Notes: generated from the sequence alone by a model not told the origin. A stretch of DNA of 64,000 nt from Chthoniobacterales bacterium (GCA_038207335.1 JBBQZX010000028.1:1-64000), one strand, 5' to 3'; shown: positions 10,175 through 20,605, counted from the first letter of the stretch. Translations and numbers: made by a program.

Positions 10175-11436
10175 AAGAGGACCGTCGAGTCGTCATCGTG
10201 GGCGGTGGGATCATCGGGCTTTGCTCGGCCTTTTACAGCGCGCAGCGGGGCTGCCGCGTCACGCTGATCGAGCGCGACGGTGCCCAGCGCGACGGCTGTT
10301 CCTATGGGAATGCCGGCATGATCGTGCCGAGCCACTTCATCCCGCTCGCTGCACCTGGCATGGTCGCGCTTGGCTTGAAATGGATGTGGAATCCCCAGTC
10401 GCCGTTCTACATCAAGCCGCGCTTGTCGTGGGAGTTGTTCGATTGGGCAGTGAAGTTCTGGCGCGCTGCAAATCCCGCGCATGTCCGCCACGCTGCGCCG
10501 CTGTTGCGCGACTTGAGCCTGGCCAGCCGTGCCTGTTTCGAGGAGTTATCCGCGCTGCCGGGGAGTGATTTCGGTTTGGTGAAGCGCGGTTTGCTGATGC
10601 TTTGCAAGACGCCGCACGCGCTCGACGAAGAGTCACACACCGCGCAGCGCGCCAACGAACTTGGCGTGCCGGCCGAGGTGCTCGACGCGAAACAAACATC
10701 CGAACTCGACCCATCGGTGAAGATGGATGTGGCTGGCTCCATCTATTTCCCGAAAGACTGCCATCTTACGCCGCGCCGGCTTCTCGACGGCTTGCAGGAG
10801 CGGCTTGCTGCGATGGGTGTCGAGCATTCGTGGAATAGCGAAGTTACCCATTGGAAGGTCGGCCAGGATCAGCGGATCAACGCGGTGAAGCTGGCCGACG
10901 GCCGTGAAATCGAGGGCGATGAGTTTGTTCTTTGCGGTGGCTCCTGGTCGCCGGTCGTCGCGCGTGACTTGAACCTGAAGATCCCGATTCAAGCCGGCAA
11001 AGGTTACAGCCTCACGCTTCCTAAGCCGCGTGAGCTACCGCAACTTTGCTCGATCCTCGCCGAGGCGCGCGTGGCAGTGACGCCGATGGGCGAGGCGCTG
11101 CGTGTCGGTGGCACGATGGAAATCGCCGGGCTCGACGAATCCATCACCTCCAGCCGTGTGCAGGGAATCATCAACGCTGTACCGAAATATCTCCCGAACT
11201 TCCAGCCGTCCGATTTCGAGGGTATCCAGCCGTGGCGCGGCTTGCGGCCTTGTTCGCCGGACGGTTTGCCTTATCTCGGCCGCACACAAAAGTTCCGCAA
11301 CCTCATCGTCGCCACTGGTCACGCGATGATGGGGCTCAGCCTTGGTCCGGTCACCGGCGACATCGTCTCCAAAATCCTGGCTGGCGAAGAATCGGCCTTC
11401 GACCTGACCCCGCTCTCACCTGACCGCTATAACTAA
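10171..11436 (+). CDS. FAD-dependent D-amino acid dehydrogenase, probable D-hydroxyproline dehydrogenase (LhpB-like)
   Basis: [11 protein letters not shown]ossmann motif, [27 protein letters not shown] and ATGHAMMG. Confidence 0.88.
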   Translation: MKEDRRVVIVGGGIIGLCSAFYSAQRGCRVTLIERDGAQRDGCSYGNAGMIVPSHFIPLAAPGMVALGLKWMWNPQSPFYIKPRLSWELFDWAVKFWRAANPAHVRHAAPLLRDLSLASRACFEELSALPGSDFGLVKRGLLMLCKTPHALDEESHTAQRANELGVPAEVLDAKQTSELDPSVKMDVAGSIYFPKDCHLTPRRLLDGLQERLAAMGVEHSWNSEVTHWKVGQDQRINAVKLADGREIEGDEFVLCGGSWSPVVARDLNLKIPIQAGKGYSLTLPKPRELPQLCSILAEARVAVTPMGEALRVGGTMEIAGLDESITSSRVQGIINAVPKYLPNFQPSDFEGIQPWRGLRPCSPDGLPYLGRTQKFRNLIVATGHAMMGLSLGPVTGDIVSKILAGEESAFDLTPLSPDRYN

Positions 11437-11439
11437 CCA

Positions 11440-13233
11440 ATGAAACTCGAAGGACTCTCCATCATCGGCTTGAGAAAGCTTCTGTTTGCCATCTTCGGCG
11501 GATTAGTCGGCCCGCTCACCACAGCAACCCTTGCGCAGCAACCCGAGGACGAAAAGCTTCAGGCGTTTTTCCGGGGCTACTTGGAACAGCGTTTCCGCCA
11601 GCAGCCGCAAAGCGCCACCGCGCTGGGAGACCACCGATTTGATGCGCAGTTGGATGACATTTCTCCGACAGCCCGCGATGGATGGCGAGCACTGACGCAG
11701 CAAACGCTCGATCGTTTGCCGCAGCAAATCGCCTACGACAAACTCTCGCGCGACGGTCAGGTCGATTTCGAGATTTTGCAGAACGAGCTGACGTCGGGGC
11801 TTTGGAACGAGCAGAATCTCAATGCCTTCACCCGCGACGCGCGGACCTACGGAGGCTATCTCAGTGACAGCGTCTATCTGCTTCTTGCTCAATCGACGGA
11901 GCCAAAGGAGACGAACATCGCCAATGCAATTGCGCGCATGGCTGAGATGCCGCGGATCATGGCGGAGGCCAGGCGCAGCCTGACCAAGCCGGTAAAACCG
12001 ATCCTGGAAACGGCGATTCGGCAGAACCTCGGAGCGATCAGCTTCTATGAGAAGGAGATCTTTCACTACACCGGCGAGACGCCTCAGCAGGAAAAGCTGA
12101 AAGCCGCGGCGGCCAAGGTTGCCACCGAGCTGAAGGAGTATCAAAAGTCACTCGAAGGCGAGTTGCGCGAGCGGGCTGTGGAAGAGTGGCGCATTGGTCA
12201 GGAAAGCTTTGCTCGAAAATTCGAGCTGGAGACGGGCGCGGATGTGACTGCGGAGCAAAATCTGGCGGACGCCGAAGCCGAGTTTACGCGAGTTCATAAC
12301 GAACTCTACGTCGTTGCCCGCCAGCTCTGGGGCACCTATTTTCCAAGCAAAGCTCTCCCGCCGGACGATGAAGCCGGCCGCCGCGAGGTCGTCGCCAAAG
12401 TCATCGGTGCCGTGAACCAGGAGCACGGGACCATCGAGAGCATGCTCGGGGATGCGAAGACCACCGCTGCGGGCATCAATGACTTCATCCGGAAGAAGGA
12501 TTACCTGCGCCTGCCTGAGCCTGATCGTTGCGCGATCATTGAAATGCCGGAGTTTCGCCGCGGCAATTCGCTGGCCTATCTCGACAACGCGCCGCCGCTC
12601 GATCCCAAGGCGGTCAGCTATTATGCGGTGAGCCCGCCGCCGGCAGACTGGTCGCCGGAGCAGCAGCGGAGCTTTCTCGAGGAATACAACCATCACATGT
12701 TGAAAGTCCTCACGATCCACGAAGCCTATCCCGGTCACTACGTGCAGCTCGAATACGCGAACCGGAATCCGTCGCTCATTCGCCGTGTGCTGGGCTCGGG
12801 CTCCTACATCGAGGGCTGGGCGGTTTATGGCGAGATCACGATGCTGAACGAAGGTTACGGCGATGGCGATCTCCGGCTGCGTCTCATGCAGCTAAAGTTC
12901 TATCTGCGCGCGGTGATCAACTCGATCCTCGACTACAAGATGCATTGCACGCCGATGAGCGACGAGGAGGCGATGAAGCTGCTCACGGAAGACGGTTTCC
13001 AATCGGAAGGGGAGGCGAAGCTGAAAGTAATCCGCGCCAAGCAGAGCGCGGTGCAGCTCTCCACTTACTTCGTGGGGCGGATGGCGCACTACCGTTTGCG
13101 ACAGGCGATCGAGCGGGAGATGGGCGATCGATTCGACTTGGGCCGCTATCATGAAGCGGTCCTGGCCATCGGCTCCATTCCGCCGAAATACATGCCGGAG
13201 CTGGTGCGCCGCCGGCTGGCCCAACCTCGTTAG
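11440..13233 (+). CDS. DUF885 family exported protein (zincin-like); the true start may be TTG at 11470
   Basis: ATALGDHRFD, HEAYPGHYVQ, YIEGWAVYGE, QLSTYFVG and FDLGRYHEAVL..GSIP motifs, with a signal-like N-terminus. Confidence 0.88.
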   Translation: MKLEGLSIIGLRKLLFAIFGGLVGPLTTATLAQQPEDEKLQAFFRGYLEQRFRQQPQSATALGDHRFDAQLDDISPTARDGWRALTQQTLDRLPQQIAYDKLSRDGQVDFEILQNELTSGLWNEQNLNAFTRDARTYGGYLSDSVYLLLAQSTEPKETNIANAIARMAEMPRIMAEARRSLTKPVKPILETAIRQNLGAISFYEKEIFHYTGETPQQEKLKAAAAKVATELKEYQKSLEGELRERAVEEWRIGQESFARKFELETGADVTAEQNLADAEAEFTRVHNELYVVARQLWGTYFPSKALPPDDEAGRREVVAKVIGAVNQEHGTIESMLGDAKTTAAGINDFIRKKDYLRLPEPDRCAIIEMPEFRRGNSLAYLDNAPPLDPKAVSYYAVSPPPADWSPEQQRSFLEEYNHHMLKVLTIHEAYPGHYVQLEYANRNPSLIRRVLGSGSYIEGWAVYGEITMLNEGYGDGDLRLRLMQLKFYLRAVINSILDYKMHCTPMSDEEAMKLLTEDGFQSEGEAKLKVIRAKQSAVQLSTYFVGRMAHYRLRQAIEREMGDRFDLGRYHEAVLAIGSIPPKYMPELVRRRLAQPR

Positions 13234-13247
13234 CCAAGCATTGCTCC

Positions 13248-14753
13248 ATGGAAACCGACGATCTGCATAGTGTGCCCGACCACCTCGCGACGCCGGGGGA
13301 GGCTGTTGCGACAAGACATCCGAGCGGGCTGGCGACGCTCTTTTTCACCGAGATGTGGGAACGCTTCAGCTACTACGGAATGCGCGCGCTGCTGGTGCTC
13401 TTCATGGTGGACGCGGTGCGCGGTGGGTTGGGGATGGACGACAAGACGGCCACGGCGATCTACGGGCTCTATACTGCGGCGGTTTATTTGATGTCACTCC
13501 CCGGTGGCTGGTTTGCTGATCGGCTCGTAGGCGCTCAACGCGCCGTCTGGATCGGAGGCTGCATCATCGCGCTCGGGCACTTCACCCTTGCGTTGCCTGG
13601 GGTGCAGACATTCTACCTCGGCCTGATCCTGGTGATCATTGGCAGCGGCACCTTGAAGCCGAATATGAGCGGCCTGGTGGCCGACTTGTATCCCGAGGGG
13701 GGTGCCAGACGGGATGCGGGATTCACGATGTTCTACATGGGCGTAAATCTCGGGGCGGCCATCGGGCCACTCGTGTGCGGCTGGCTGGCGACGAGTTACG
13801 GCTGGCACTATGGCTTTGGCGCAGCCGGGGTCGGGATGGTGCTCGGGCTCATTCAGTTTCGCCTCTCACGGCATCTCCTCGGCACCGCGGGGACCCAGCG
13901 CGGGAATCCCGCCGCTTTGCATCCCCTCGAAAGGACGGGCGCCATTTCCGTCGCTGTCGGAGTATTGGTGGTTATCGCCTTGGGCCTGACGGGAGTGGTG
14001 AGATACAACCCCATCGCACTCGTGCAGGGCACCGCTTACCTGCTCCTGGCGATCTCCCTGGGTTTCTTTGGCTGGCTCTTTCTATTTGGCGGACTTGATC
14101 GAGTGGAAAAGGAACGCGTCACGGTGATTGTGATTCTCTTCATTGCTGCGGCGCTGTTTTGGGCCGGCTTCGAGCAGGCCGGTTCATCGTTCAACCTGTT
14201 TGCCGAACGCTTCACCGTGCGCAACTGGTTCCACTATCAAATCCCCACGGCGTGGTTCCAGACCTTGGGACCGGTGTTCGTCATCGCCCTGGCACCCGTC
14301 TTCGCATGGATGTGGGTATGGCTCGGACGCCGGAATCTCGATCCTTCCATCCCGGTAAAATTCGCCATGGGTCTGCTGCTGCTTGCGGGCGGCTTTGTCG
14401 TCATGGCCGGCGCGGCGAAAGTCGTGGCCAGCGGCAGCCAGGCACAACCCACCTGGCTGATCACCACGTATCTTGTGCATACCTTCGGCGAACTTTGCCT
14501 GAGTCCCGTGGGACTTAGCTCCGTTACCAAACTCGCTCCGAAGCGCTTCGTCGGCCAGTTGATGGGTGCCTGGTTCCTGGCGACTTCCATGGGCAACCTC
14601 ATTGCCGGCCTCCTCGCCGGCGAGTTCAAGACCGACGCCTTGGGCCAGTGGCCGCTGCTCTACTTGAAAATCACCATCCTCCCGGCCATCGCGGGTGTGC
14701 TGTTGATTGCTTGCGCGCGGCCCATCAAGAAATGGATGGAGGGAGTGAAATGA
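13248..14753 (+). CDS. Proton-dependent oligopeptide transporter (POT/PTR family MFS)
   Basis: HPSGLATLFFTEMWERFSYYGMR (ExxERFxYY signature), FYMGVNLG and GELCLSPVGLS. Confidence 0.93.
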   Translation: METDDLHSVPDHLATPGEAVATRHPSGLATLFFTEMWERFSYYGMRALLVLFMVDAVRGGLGMDDKTATAIYGLYTAAVYLMSLPGGWFADRLVGAQRAVWIGGCIIALGHFTLALPGVQTFYLGLILVIIGSGTLKPNMSGLVADLYPEGGARRDAGFTMFYMGVNLGAAIGPLVCGWLATSYGWHYGFGAAGVGMVLGLIQFRLSRHLLGTAGTQRGNPAALHPLERTGAISVAVGVLVVIALGLTGVVRYNPIALVQGTAYLLLAISLGFFGWLFLFGGLDRVEKERVTVIVILFIAAALFWAGFEQAGSSFNLFAERFTVRNWFHYQIPTAWFQTLGPVFVIALAPVFAWMWVWLGRRNLDPSIPVKFAMGLLLLAGGFVVMAGAAKVVASGSQAQPTWLITTYLVHTFGELCLSPVGLSSVTKLAPKRFVGQLMGAWFLATSMGNLIAGLLAGEFKTDALGQWPLLYLKITILPAIAGVLLIACARPIKKWMEGVK

Positions 14754-14881
14754 ACCGCACGGCAGCGAAGCCGGTTCCCGTCACCATCCGCATCTCCTCG
14801 CGAAAATCGCGCGTCCTCGCCCCTGCCTCCCAGCTCAAGACTGCCCAAAACTGCGGACAACGTGTTGAGGTACAACAGTTA

Positions 14882-15390
14882 GGCGACGCGAATTCACAAG
14901 GTAAGTGCAACACGTTGTGGGAGGGTGGATTGGGTGGAAAAGAGTCTCGGTTCTGGGGGAACTGTGTCAGGAGGGCGTCCCTGATGAAGTATCACCAACT
15001 GAGTGCGGAGGAACGTTTTTTGATTGCGGCGCTGCGGACCGAAGGGCTGCCGCTGGCGCAGATCGCGGCGCTGCTGGAGCGGCACCGCTCGACGATCTGG
15101 CGGGAGGTGAGGCGCAACTGTGCACCCTACGACGGTGGCTACCGTTCGCGGAGAGCGCACCAGCGAGCACACGCGCGACGCTGGCATTCCCGACGCAACA
15201 GCCAGTTTGGCAAAGCCGAGTGGACGCGGGTAGAGAGCTTGCTGCGCGAAGAGTGGAGTCCTGAGCAAGTCGCCGGCTACCTGCGCCGCCACGGCGAGCT
15301 CTCGATCAGCCATGAAACCATCTACCGGCACATCTGGCGGGACCGGAAGCGCGGCGGGAGCCTGCACCTCCACCTGCGCTGCGCGCAAAC
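14882..15390 (+). mobile_element. Truncated IS30-family element (left end plus transposase N-terminus from ATG 14984)
   Basis: MKYHQLSAEERFLI..IAALLERHRSTIWREVRRN..WSPEQVAG..ISHETIYRHIW. The left end GGCGACGCGAATTC..AAGTGCAACAC resembles IS1086-type ends. The DDE domain is absent. Confidence 0.85.
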
Positions 15391-15651
15391 GAGATGGATG
15401 TTGGGTGCCTTTTTCATGCATACGCGTGTCATCCCCGCTCGCCTGCTGTAGAACAGCTTTCATTTTGACTTTCCAACTTGGCCGATCGGCACGCGATGCG
15501 GTCGGTTGGTCTCTCCTCAGGCATAAGCGCTGTTACGGTGTCAGTCATCTTCGTCCAGCGAATCGTCGTCCCCTCGCAGCGAGAACCGCATATACTCCCT
15601 CGGGACTTCGACAACCAGAAAACGCGTATCAGGCGAATCCAACTCTACTGA

Positions 15652-16812
15652 ATGTCTCCATCATCACGCATCCCACCACTTGCCATCTTGACCCTCGTCG
15701 CGATGGCGTTGTTTCCTGCCTGCAATCGGAGCCGGGCTCCCGCTGGTGCCGGAAAGAAGCCCGTGGTTCCCGTCGTGGTCGCCGAAGTAACGCGAAAGGA
15801 TGTGCCGATCATCGTGCGCGCCATCGGGCGGGTCACCTCCCCGGCCACCGTGTCCGTGAAGCCGCAGGTCACCGGCACGGTTTCCGAAGTTCATTTCACC
15901 GATGGGCAGGCGGTCAAAAAGGGCGACCCGCTGTTCACGATCGACAAGCGTCCTTTCGAGGTCGCCCTGGAGCAGGCCAAAGCCTCTCAGTCGGAGGCGC
16001 AGACCAAGGCCGATAATGCCCGCGAGCAGGCCGAGCGTTATTCCACTCTCGGCAAAACGGGGGCGGTTTCCAAGGAGCAGGCCGCGGATTTTAACGTGGC
16101 GGCCAGGGCCGCGCTATCTTCGGGACAGGTAGCGGCGGCGGCGGTGAAGGGCGCAAAACTTCAGCTGGAATACTGCACGATTCGGACGCCCATCGACGGT
16201 CGCGCCGGCAAGGCATTGATCACTGCGGGGAATGTCGTCACGGCAAACCAGACGGACCTCGTCATCGTCAACCAACTCGCGCCAGTAGAGGTGACTTTCT
16301 CAGTTGCCGAACAACAGCTCACGGTGGTCCAGCGCGGGATGACGGCGGGCAAACCGAAGGTCCGGGCGCGGACCTCCGGGCTCGACCGGCAGACAGCGGA
16401 AGGCGAGCTGGTTTTCGTGGATAACAACGTCAAGGCGGCGACGGGCACGATCGAACTGAAAGCCGCATTTAAGAATGACCCGCAGGTCTTGTGGCCGGGA
16501 CAATTCGTGGGCCTGCGGGTGGAAGTCGGCGTCGATCAGAACGCGGTCGTCGCGCCGGCGGCGGCGGTGCAGGACGGGCAGGACGGGGCATTCGTGTTCA
16601 TCATCAAGGCCGACAGGACTGCGGAACTGCGGAAGGTGGTCGTGGATCGAACAGCCAGCGACGAGTCGGTGATCCGCAGCGGCCTGGAGGGCGGCGAGCA
16701 GATCGTGATCGACGGCCAGAGCCGCCTGACCATCGGAAGCCCGGTCGAGATCGTGCCTCAAAAAGTTGCGCCCGTTGCCGCACCCGCCACCCCTGCCCCG
16801 CGCCAGCCATGA
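15652..16812 (+). CDS. RND efflux membrane-fusion (periplasmic adaptor) subunit, MdtA-like
   Basis: Lipobox-like LFPAC, VSVKPQVTG, GQAVKKGDPLFTID, IRTPIDGRAG, VDNNVKAATGTI and LWPGQFV. Confidence 0.92.
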   Translation: MSPSSRIPPLAILTLVAMALFPACNRSRAPAGAGKKPVVPVVVAEVTRKDVPIIVRAIGRVTSPATVSVKPQVTGTVSEVHFTDGQAVKKGDPLFTIDKRPFEVALEQAKASQSEAQTKADNAREQAERYSTLGKTGAVSKEQAADFNVAARAALSSGQVAAAAVKGAKLQLEYCTIRTPIDGRAGKALITAGNVVTANQTDLVIVNQLAPVEVTFSVAEQQLTVVQRGMTAGKPKVRARTSGLDRQTAEGELVFVDNNVKAATGTIELKAAFKNDPQVLWPGQFVGLRVEVGVDQNAVVAPAAAVQDGQDGAFVFIIKADRTAELRKVVVDRTASDESVIRSGLEGGEQIVIDGQSRLTIGSPVEIVPQKVAPVAAPATPAPRQP

Positions 16813-19800
16813 GCGTTCCCGAGCTGTGCATCCGTCGGCCGGTAATGACCACGCTGATCATGATCGGCATGGTCGCCTTCGGGCTGCTGGCTTACCGGCA
16901 GCTCCCCGTCAGCGATTTGCCGACTGTCGATTTCCCGACCATCTCAGTCACCGCCGCGCTCCCCGGAGCGAGTGCCGAGACGATGGCCTCCTCAGTGGCG
17001 ACGCCGCTGGAAAAGCAATTTTCCACCATCGCCGGCATCGACTCGATGGTCTCCAGCAGCGGGGTCGGCAGCACGAGTATCACCATCCAGTTCTCGCTCG
17101 CGCGAAACATCGACGATGCCGCGCTCGACGTGCAGACCGCGATCTCGAGCGCTTCGCGCAGCTTACCTTCCACCATGCCCTCGCCGCCTTCGTTTCGGAA
17201 GGTGAACCCCGCCGAGCAGTCGATCCTTCTGCTCGCGCTGACCTCCGAAACGCTGCCGCTGTCCAAGGTCGATCAATACGCGCAGACGCTGCTCGCGCCG
17301 CGCATTTCCACCGTTTCAGGCGTCTCGCAGTTGCAGGTTTTCGGCACGCAGAAATACGCCGTGCGGGTGCAGCTCGAACCGCTGGCGCTCGCCGCGCGCG
17401 GCATCAGCCTCGACGAAATCAGCACCGCGATTCGCAACGCGAACAGCAACACCCCCACCGGCGTCCTCGACGGCAAAACCCGCATCTTCACCGTCGAAAC
17501 CAGCGGCTCGCTCTCCGACGCCGCCGGGTTTCGGGACATCGTCGTGGCTTATCGCGACGGCGCTCCAGTCCGGCTGGATGACGTGGCGCAGGTCTATGAC
17601 GCGGTGGAAAATACCCGCATCGCCGGCTGGTATAACGACGCCCGCGGCATCGTCCTCGGCATCCAGCGCCAGCCGGGCGCGAACACGGTCAAGGTCGTCG
17701 ATGAAATCCTCGCACAACTCCCGGACCTGCGCGCGCAGCTCCCCGCGGGCATTCAGCTCGACGTGCTCCTCGACCGCTCCAAGACCATTCGTGAGTCCGT
17801 CCACGACGTGCAGTTCACGCTCGGGCTCAGCGTCGCGCTCGTCGTCCTGGTGATCTTCGTATTTCTGCGCCGGCTCACCGCGACCGTGATCCCGAGCGTC
17901 GCGATTCTCATTTCGATCATCGCCACGTTCGCCGTGATGTATCTCCTCGGCTTCAGTCTGAACAACCTCTCCCTCATGGCCCTCACGCTCTGTGTCGGCT
18001 TCGTCGTCGATGACGCGATCGTGGTGCTGGAGAATATCGTGCGCCACATGGAGGAGGGCGCATCGCCGATGGATGCCGCACGTCGCGGATCGACGGAGAT
18101 CGCCTTCACGGTCGTCTCCATGACCATCTCACTCGCCGCGGTCTTCCTGCCGGTGCTTTTCATGGGTGGAATTCTGGGACGGTTGTTCAATGAGTTCGCC
18201 GTCACCATCGGCGTCGCCATCCTCATCTCGGGCGTGGTCTCCCTCACCCTCACCCCGATGCTTTGCAGCCGATTCCTGCGCGCCGAGAAAAAGTCCTCCG
18301 GCAAACCCGGCCTCCCCGAGCGAGTGATCGCGGGCATGCACACCTTTTACGAGCGCACGCTGCGCATCGTCATGCGGCACCAGCCGCTCACTCTGCTCTT
18401 CACGCTGGCGACCATCGCCGCCACAGCGTGGGGTTTTATCCAGATCCCGAAAGCGTTCATCCCGACGGAGGATATCGGCCAGATCTCCATCACCACCGAG
18501 GGCGCGCTGGATGCCTCGTTTCAATCCATGGTCGCGCACCAGCGCGCGGCCGCAAAGATCGTCGGGGCGCATCCGGCCGTCGCGCGATTCTCCTCAAGCG
18601 TCGGCGCGGGCGGCCCCAATGCGACCGGCAACACCGGCCGCTTCAACGTGCAGCTCAAGCCGCGCAACGAGCGCGTGTCCGCACAGCAGGTCGTCACCGA
18701 TTTGCGCGCGCAGCTCGCCCGCGTCCCCGGTCTGCGCTCGTTCGCGCAAATGCCGCCGGTCATCCGCATCGGCGGCATGTCGTCGAAGAGCCCGTACCAA
18801 TTCTCCCTCGCCAGCGTCGATCTACCGGCGCTCTACCAGGCCGCGCCGCTGGTCGAGGCGAAGATCCGCGCCATCCCGGGCCTCACCGATGTCACCACCG
18901 ATCTCCTGCTCAACAGCCCGCAAGTCTTCGTCAAAATCGACCGCGACAAAGCCGGGACACTCGGCATCACCGCCGAGCAGATCGACTCCGCTCTCTACGA
19001 CGCCTACGGCAGCCGCGAAGTCTCGAATATCTACACCGCCGCCGACGAGTATTCCGTCATCCTCGAAGTCCGCCCCCTCTTTCAGGAAACCCCCGAGCGC
19101 CTCGCCGCGATGTATCTGCGCTCCGCCGCGGGCGACCTCGTCCCGCTCGATGCCGTCGCCGAAATCAGCAACACCACCGGCCCCCTCACCGTCAATCACC
19201 TCGGCCAGCTTCCCGCCGTCACTGTCTCCTTCAACACCCTTCCCGGCGTCTCACTCGGCGACGCCGTAAACCGCATCAACGCCGCCGTCCAAGGCGTCGT
19301 GCCCGCCGGAGTCAGCACCCGTTTTCAGGGCGAAGCTGCCGCCTTCCAATCCTCCCTCGGGAATCTCGGCCTCCTCCTGATCATGGCCGTCCTCGTCATC
19401 TACCTCGTGCTCGGGATCCTCTACGAGAGCTTCATCCATCCGCTCACCATCCTCTCCGGCCTGCCCGCCGCCGGCGTCGGCGCGCTCGTCACGCTCATGC
19501 TCTTTCACGAAGACCTCAGCGTGTATGGCTTCGTCGGCATCCTCATGCTCATCGGCATCGTGAAAAAGAACGCCATCATGATGATCGACTTCGCCCTCGA
19601 AGCCGAACGCAACCAAGGCAAGCCGCCCGCCGAATCCATTGTCGAAGCCTGCCTCGTCCGCTTCCGTCCGATTATGATGACCACCTTCGCCGCCCTCATG
19701 GGCGCGCTGCCCATCGCCCTCGGCATCGGAGCCGGCGCCGAGTCGCGCCGCCCGCTTGGTCTCGCCGTCGTCGGCGGCCTCATCTTCTCGCAAATCCTCA

Positions 19801-19916
19801 CCCTCTACATCACTCCCGTCGTCTATCTCTACATGGACCGCATCCAGACATGGGTCGGTCGCCGCTTCAGCCGTCAGCTAGACCCGACGCCAGCCACGCC
19901 CAATCCTGTGGCTTGA
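16809..19916 (+). CDS. RND efflux permease, MdtB/MdtC-like
   Basis: MSVPELCIRRPVMT, GFVVDDAIVVLEN, SLTLTPMLCS, GIVKKNAIMMIDFA and RFRPIMMTT. The ATG overlaps the upstream stop. Confidence 0.95.
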   Translation: MSVPELCIRRPVMTTLIMIGMVAFGLLAYRQLPVSDLPTVDFPTISVTAALPGASAETMASSVATPLEKQFSTIAGIDSMVSSSGVGSTSITIQFSLARNIDDAALDVQTAISSASRSLPSTMPSPPSFRKVNPAEQSILLLALTSETLPLSKVDQYAQTLLAPRISTVSGVSQLQVFGTQKYAVRVQLEPLALAARGISLDEISTAIRNANSNTPTGVLDGKTRIFTVETSGSLSDAAGFRDIVVAYRDGAPVRLDDVAQVYDAVENTRIAGWYNDARGIVLGIQRQPGANTVKVVDEILAQLPDLRAQLPAGIQLDVLLDRSKTIRESVHDVQFTLGLSVALVVLVIFVFLRRLTATVIPSVAILISIIATFAVMYLLGFSLNNLSLMALTLCVGFVVDDAIVVLENIVRHMEEGASPMDAARRGSTEIAFTVVSMTISLAAVFLPVLFMGGILGRLFNEFAVTIGVAILISGVVSLTLTPMLCSRFLRAEKKSSGKPGLPERVIAGMHTFYERTLRIVMRHQPLTLLFTLATIAATAWGFIQIPKAFIPTEDIGQISITTEGALDASFQSMVAHQRAAAKIVGAHPAVARFSSSVGAGGPNATGNTGRFNVQLKPRNERVSAQQVVTDLRAQLARVPGLRSFAQMPPVIRIGGMSSKSPYQFSLASVDLPALYQAAPLVEAKIRAIPGLTDVTTDLLLNSPQVFVKIDRDKAGTLGITAEQIDSALYDAYGSREVSNIYTAADEYSVILEVRPLFQETPERLAAMYLRSAAGDLVPLDAVAEISNTTGPLTVNHLGQLPAVTVSFNTLPGVSLGDAVNRINAAVQGVVPAGVSTRFQGEAAAFQSSLGNLGLLLIMAVLVIYLVLGILYESFIHPLTILSGLPAAGVGALVTLMLFHEDLSVYGFVGILMLIGIVKKNAIMMIDFALEAERNQGKPPAESIVEACLVRFRPIMMTTFAALMGALPIALGIGAGAESRRPLGLAVVGGLIFSQILTLYITPVVYLYMDRIQTWVGRRFSRQLDPTPATPNPVA

Positions 19917-20074
19917 CCAACCCACCCCCTGCAAGCGGCAGCCCCGCGCAACGCTGAGTCCGGCCCAAACAAAACCGGTATATGAGCCAAGGCACCTGCG
20001 TCGCGCTTAGGTGCCACGCGCCAGCCACACCGGTCGGACTTTCGCAATGGCGCGTCGCGGGAATTCTCAATCTC

Positions 20075-20244
20075 TAGGGAGCCTCGGATTTAATCGAAAG
20101 GATGAGATTTCAACCGCGGATTACGCGGAGTAAGAGGCGAATTTTAAATCTAGGGCGAGTCGGAATTCAGAGAAAAATGCAAATCCCTTTCATCCGCGAA
20201 ATCCGCGGTTAAAAATCGAGAGTGATTAAATCAGCGGTTCCCTA
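20075..20244. mobile_element. 170-bp MITE-like element with terminal and internal inverted repeats
   Basis: The outer IR TAGGGAGCCTCGGATTTAATC (20075-20095) pairs with 20224-20244 at 18/21. The inner IR AACCGCGGATTACGCGGA (20112-20129) pairs with 20193-20210 at 17/18. No ORF is present. Confidence 0.7.
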
Positions 20245-20504
20245 TACAAGAAACAGGCGTCCGTAACGTACGAGAACACCGGATTTCGCTCAGGGAGAGC
20301 ACTCACCAATTAGAGTCAGTCAAGAACATCTCCCCATTTTCTGACTAACAGTTGAAAAATGCCGTCCGAAACGTCCGAGAATTGAGGCTTCGACTATGAC
20401 TCAGTGAACATGTCCCCATTTGGGGACACCCAAACCTTGTGGCAAGCTTTCCACCAGCTCCGAGCTTAAAAAAGAAGACCCGCATGACACGGACCTTCTT
20501 TTGC

Positions 20505-20605
20505 TCACCACCTCCGGCGATCAGCCACCATGTTCGCTCTCCAAGTGGGCACTCTTAGAGCATCCATGACAGCCGATGCTCCCAAGAACTCACGGAGGTC
20601 ATCCT
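20505..20605 (-). pseudogene. Degraded second copy of the 3' end of the 21867..22544 gene
   Basis: Directly similar to 21867-21993, with a 27-bp deletion between CGATCAGCC direct repeats. Confidence 0.85.
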
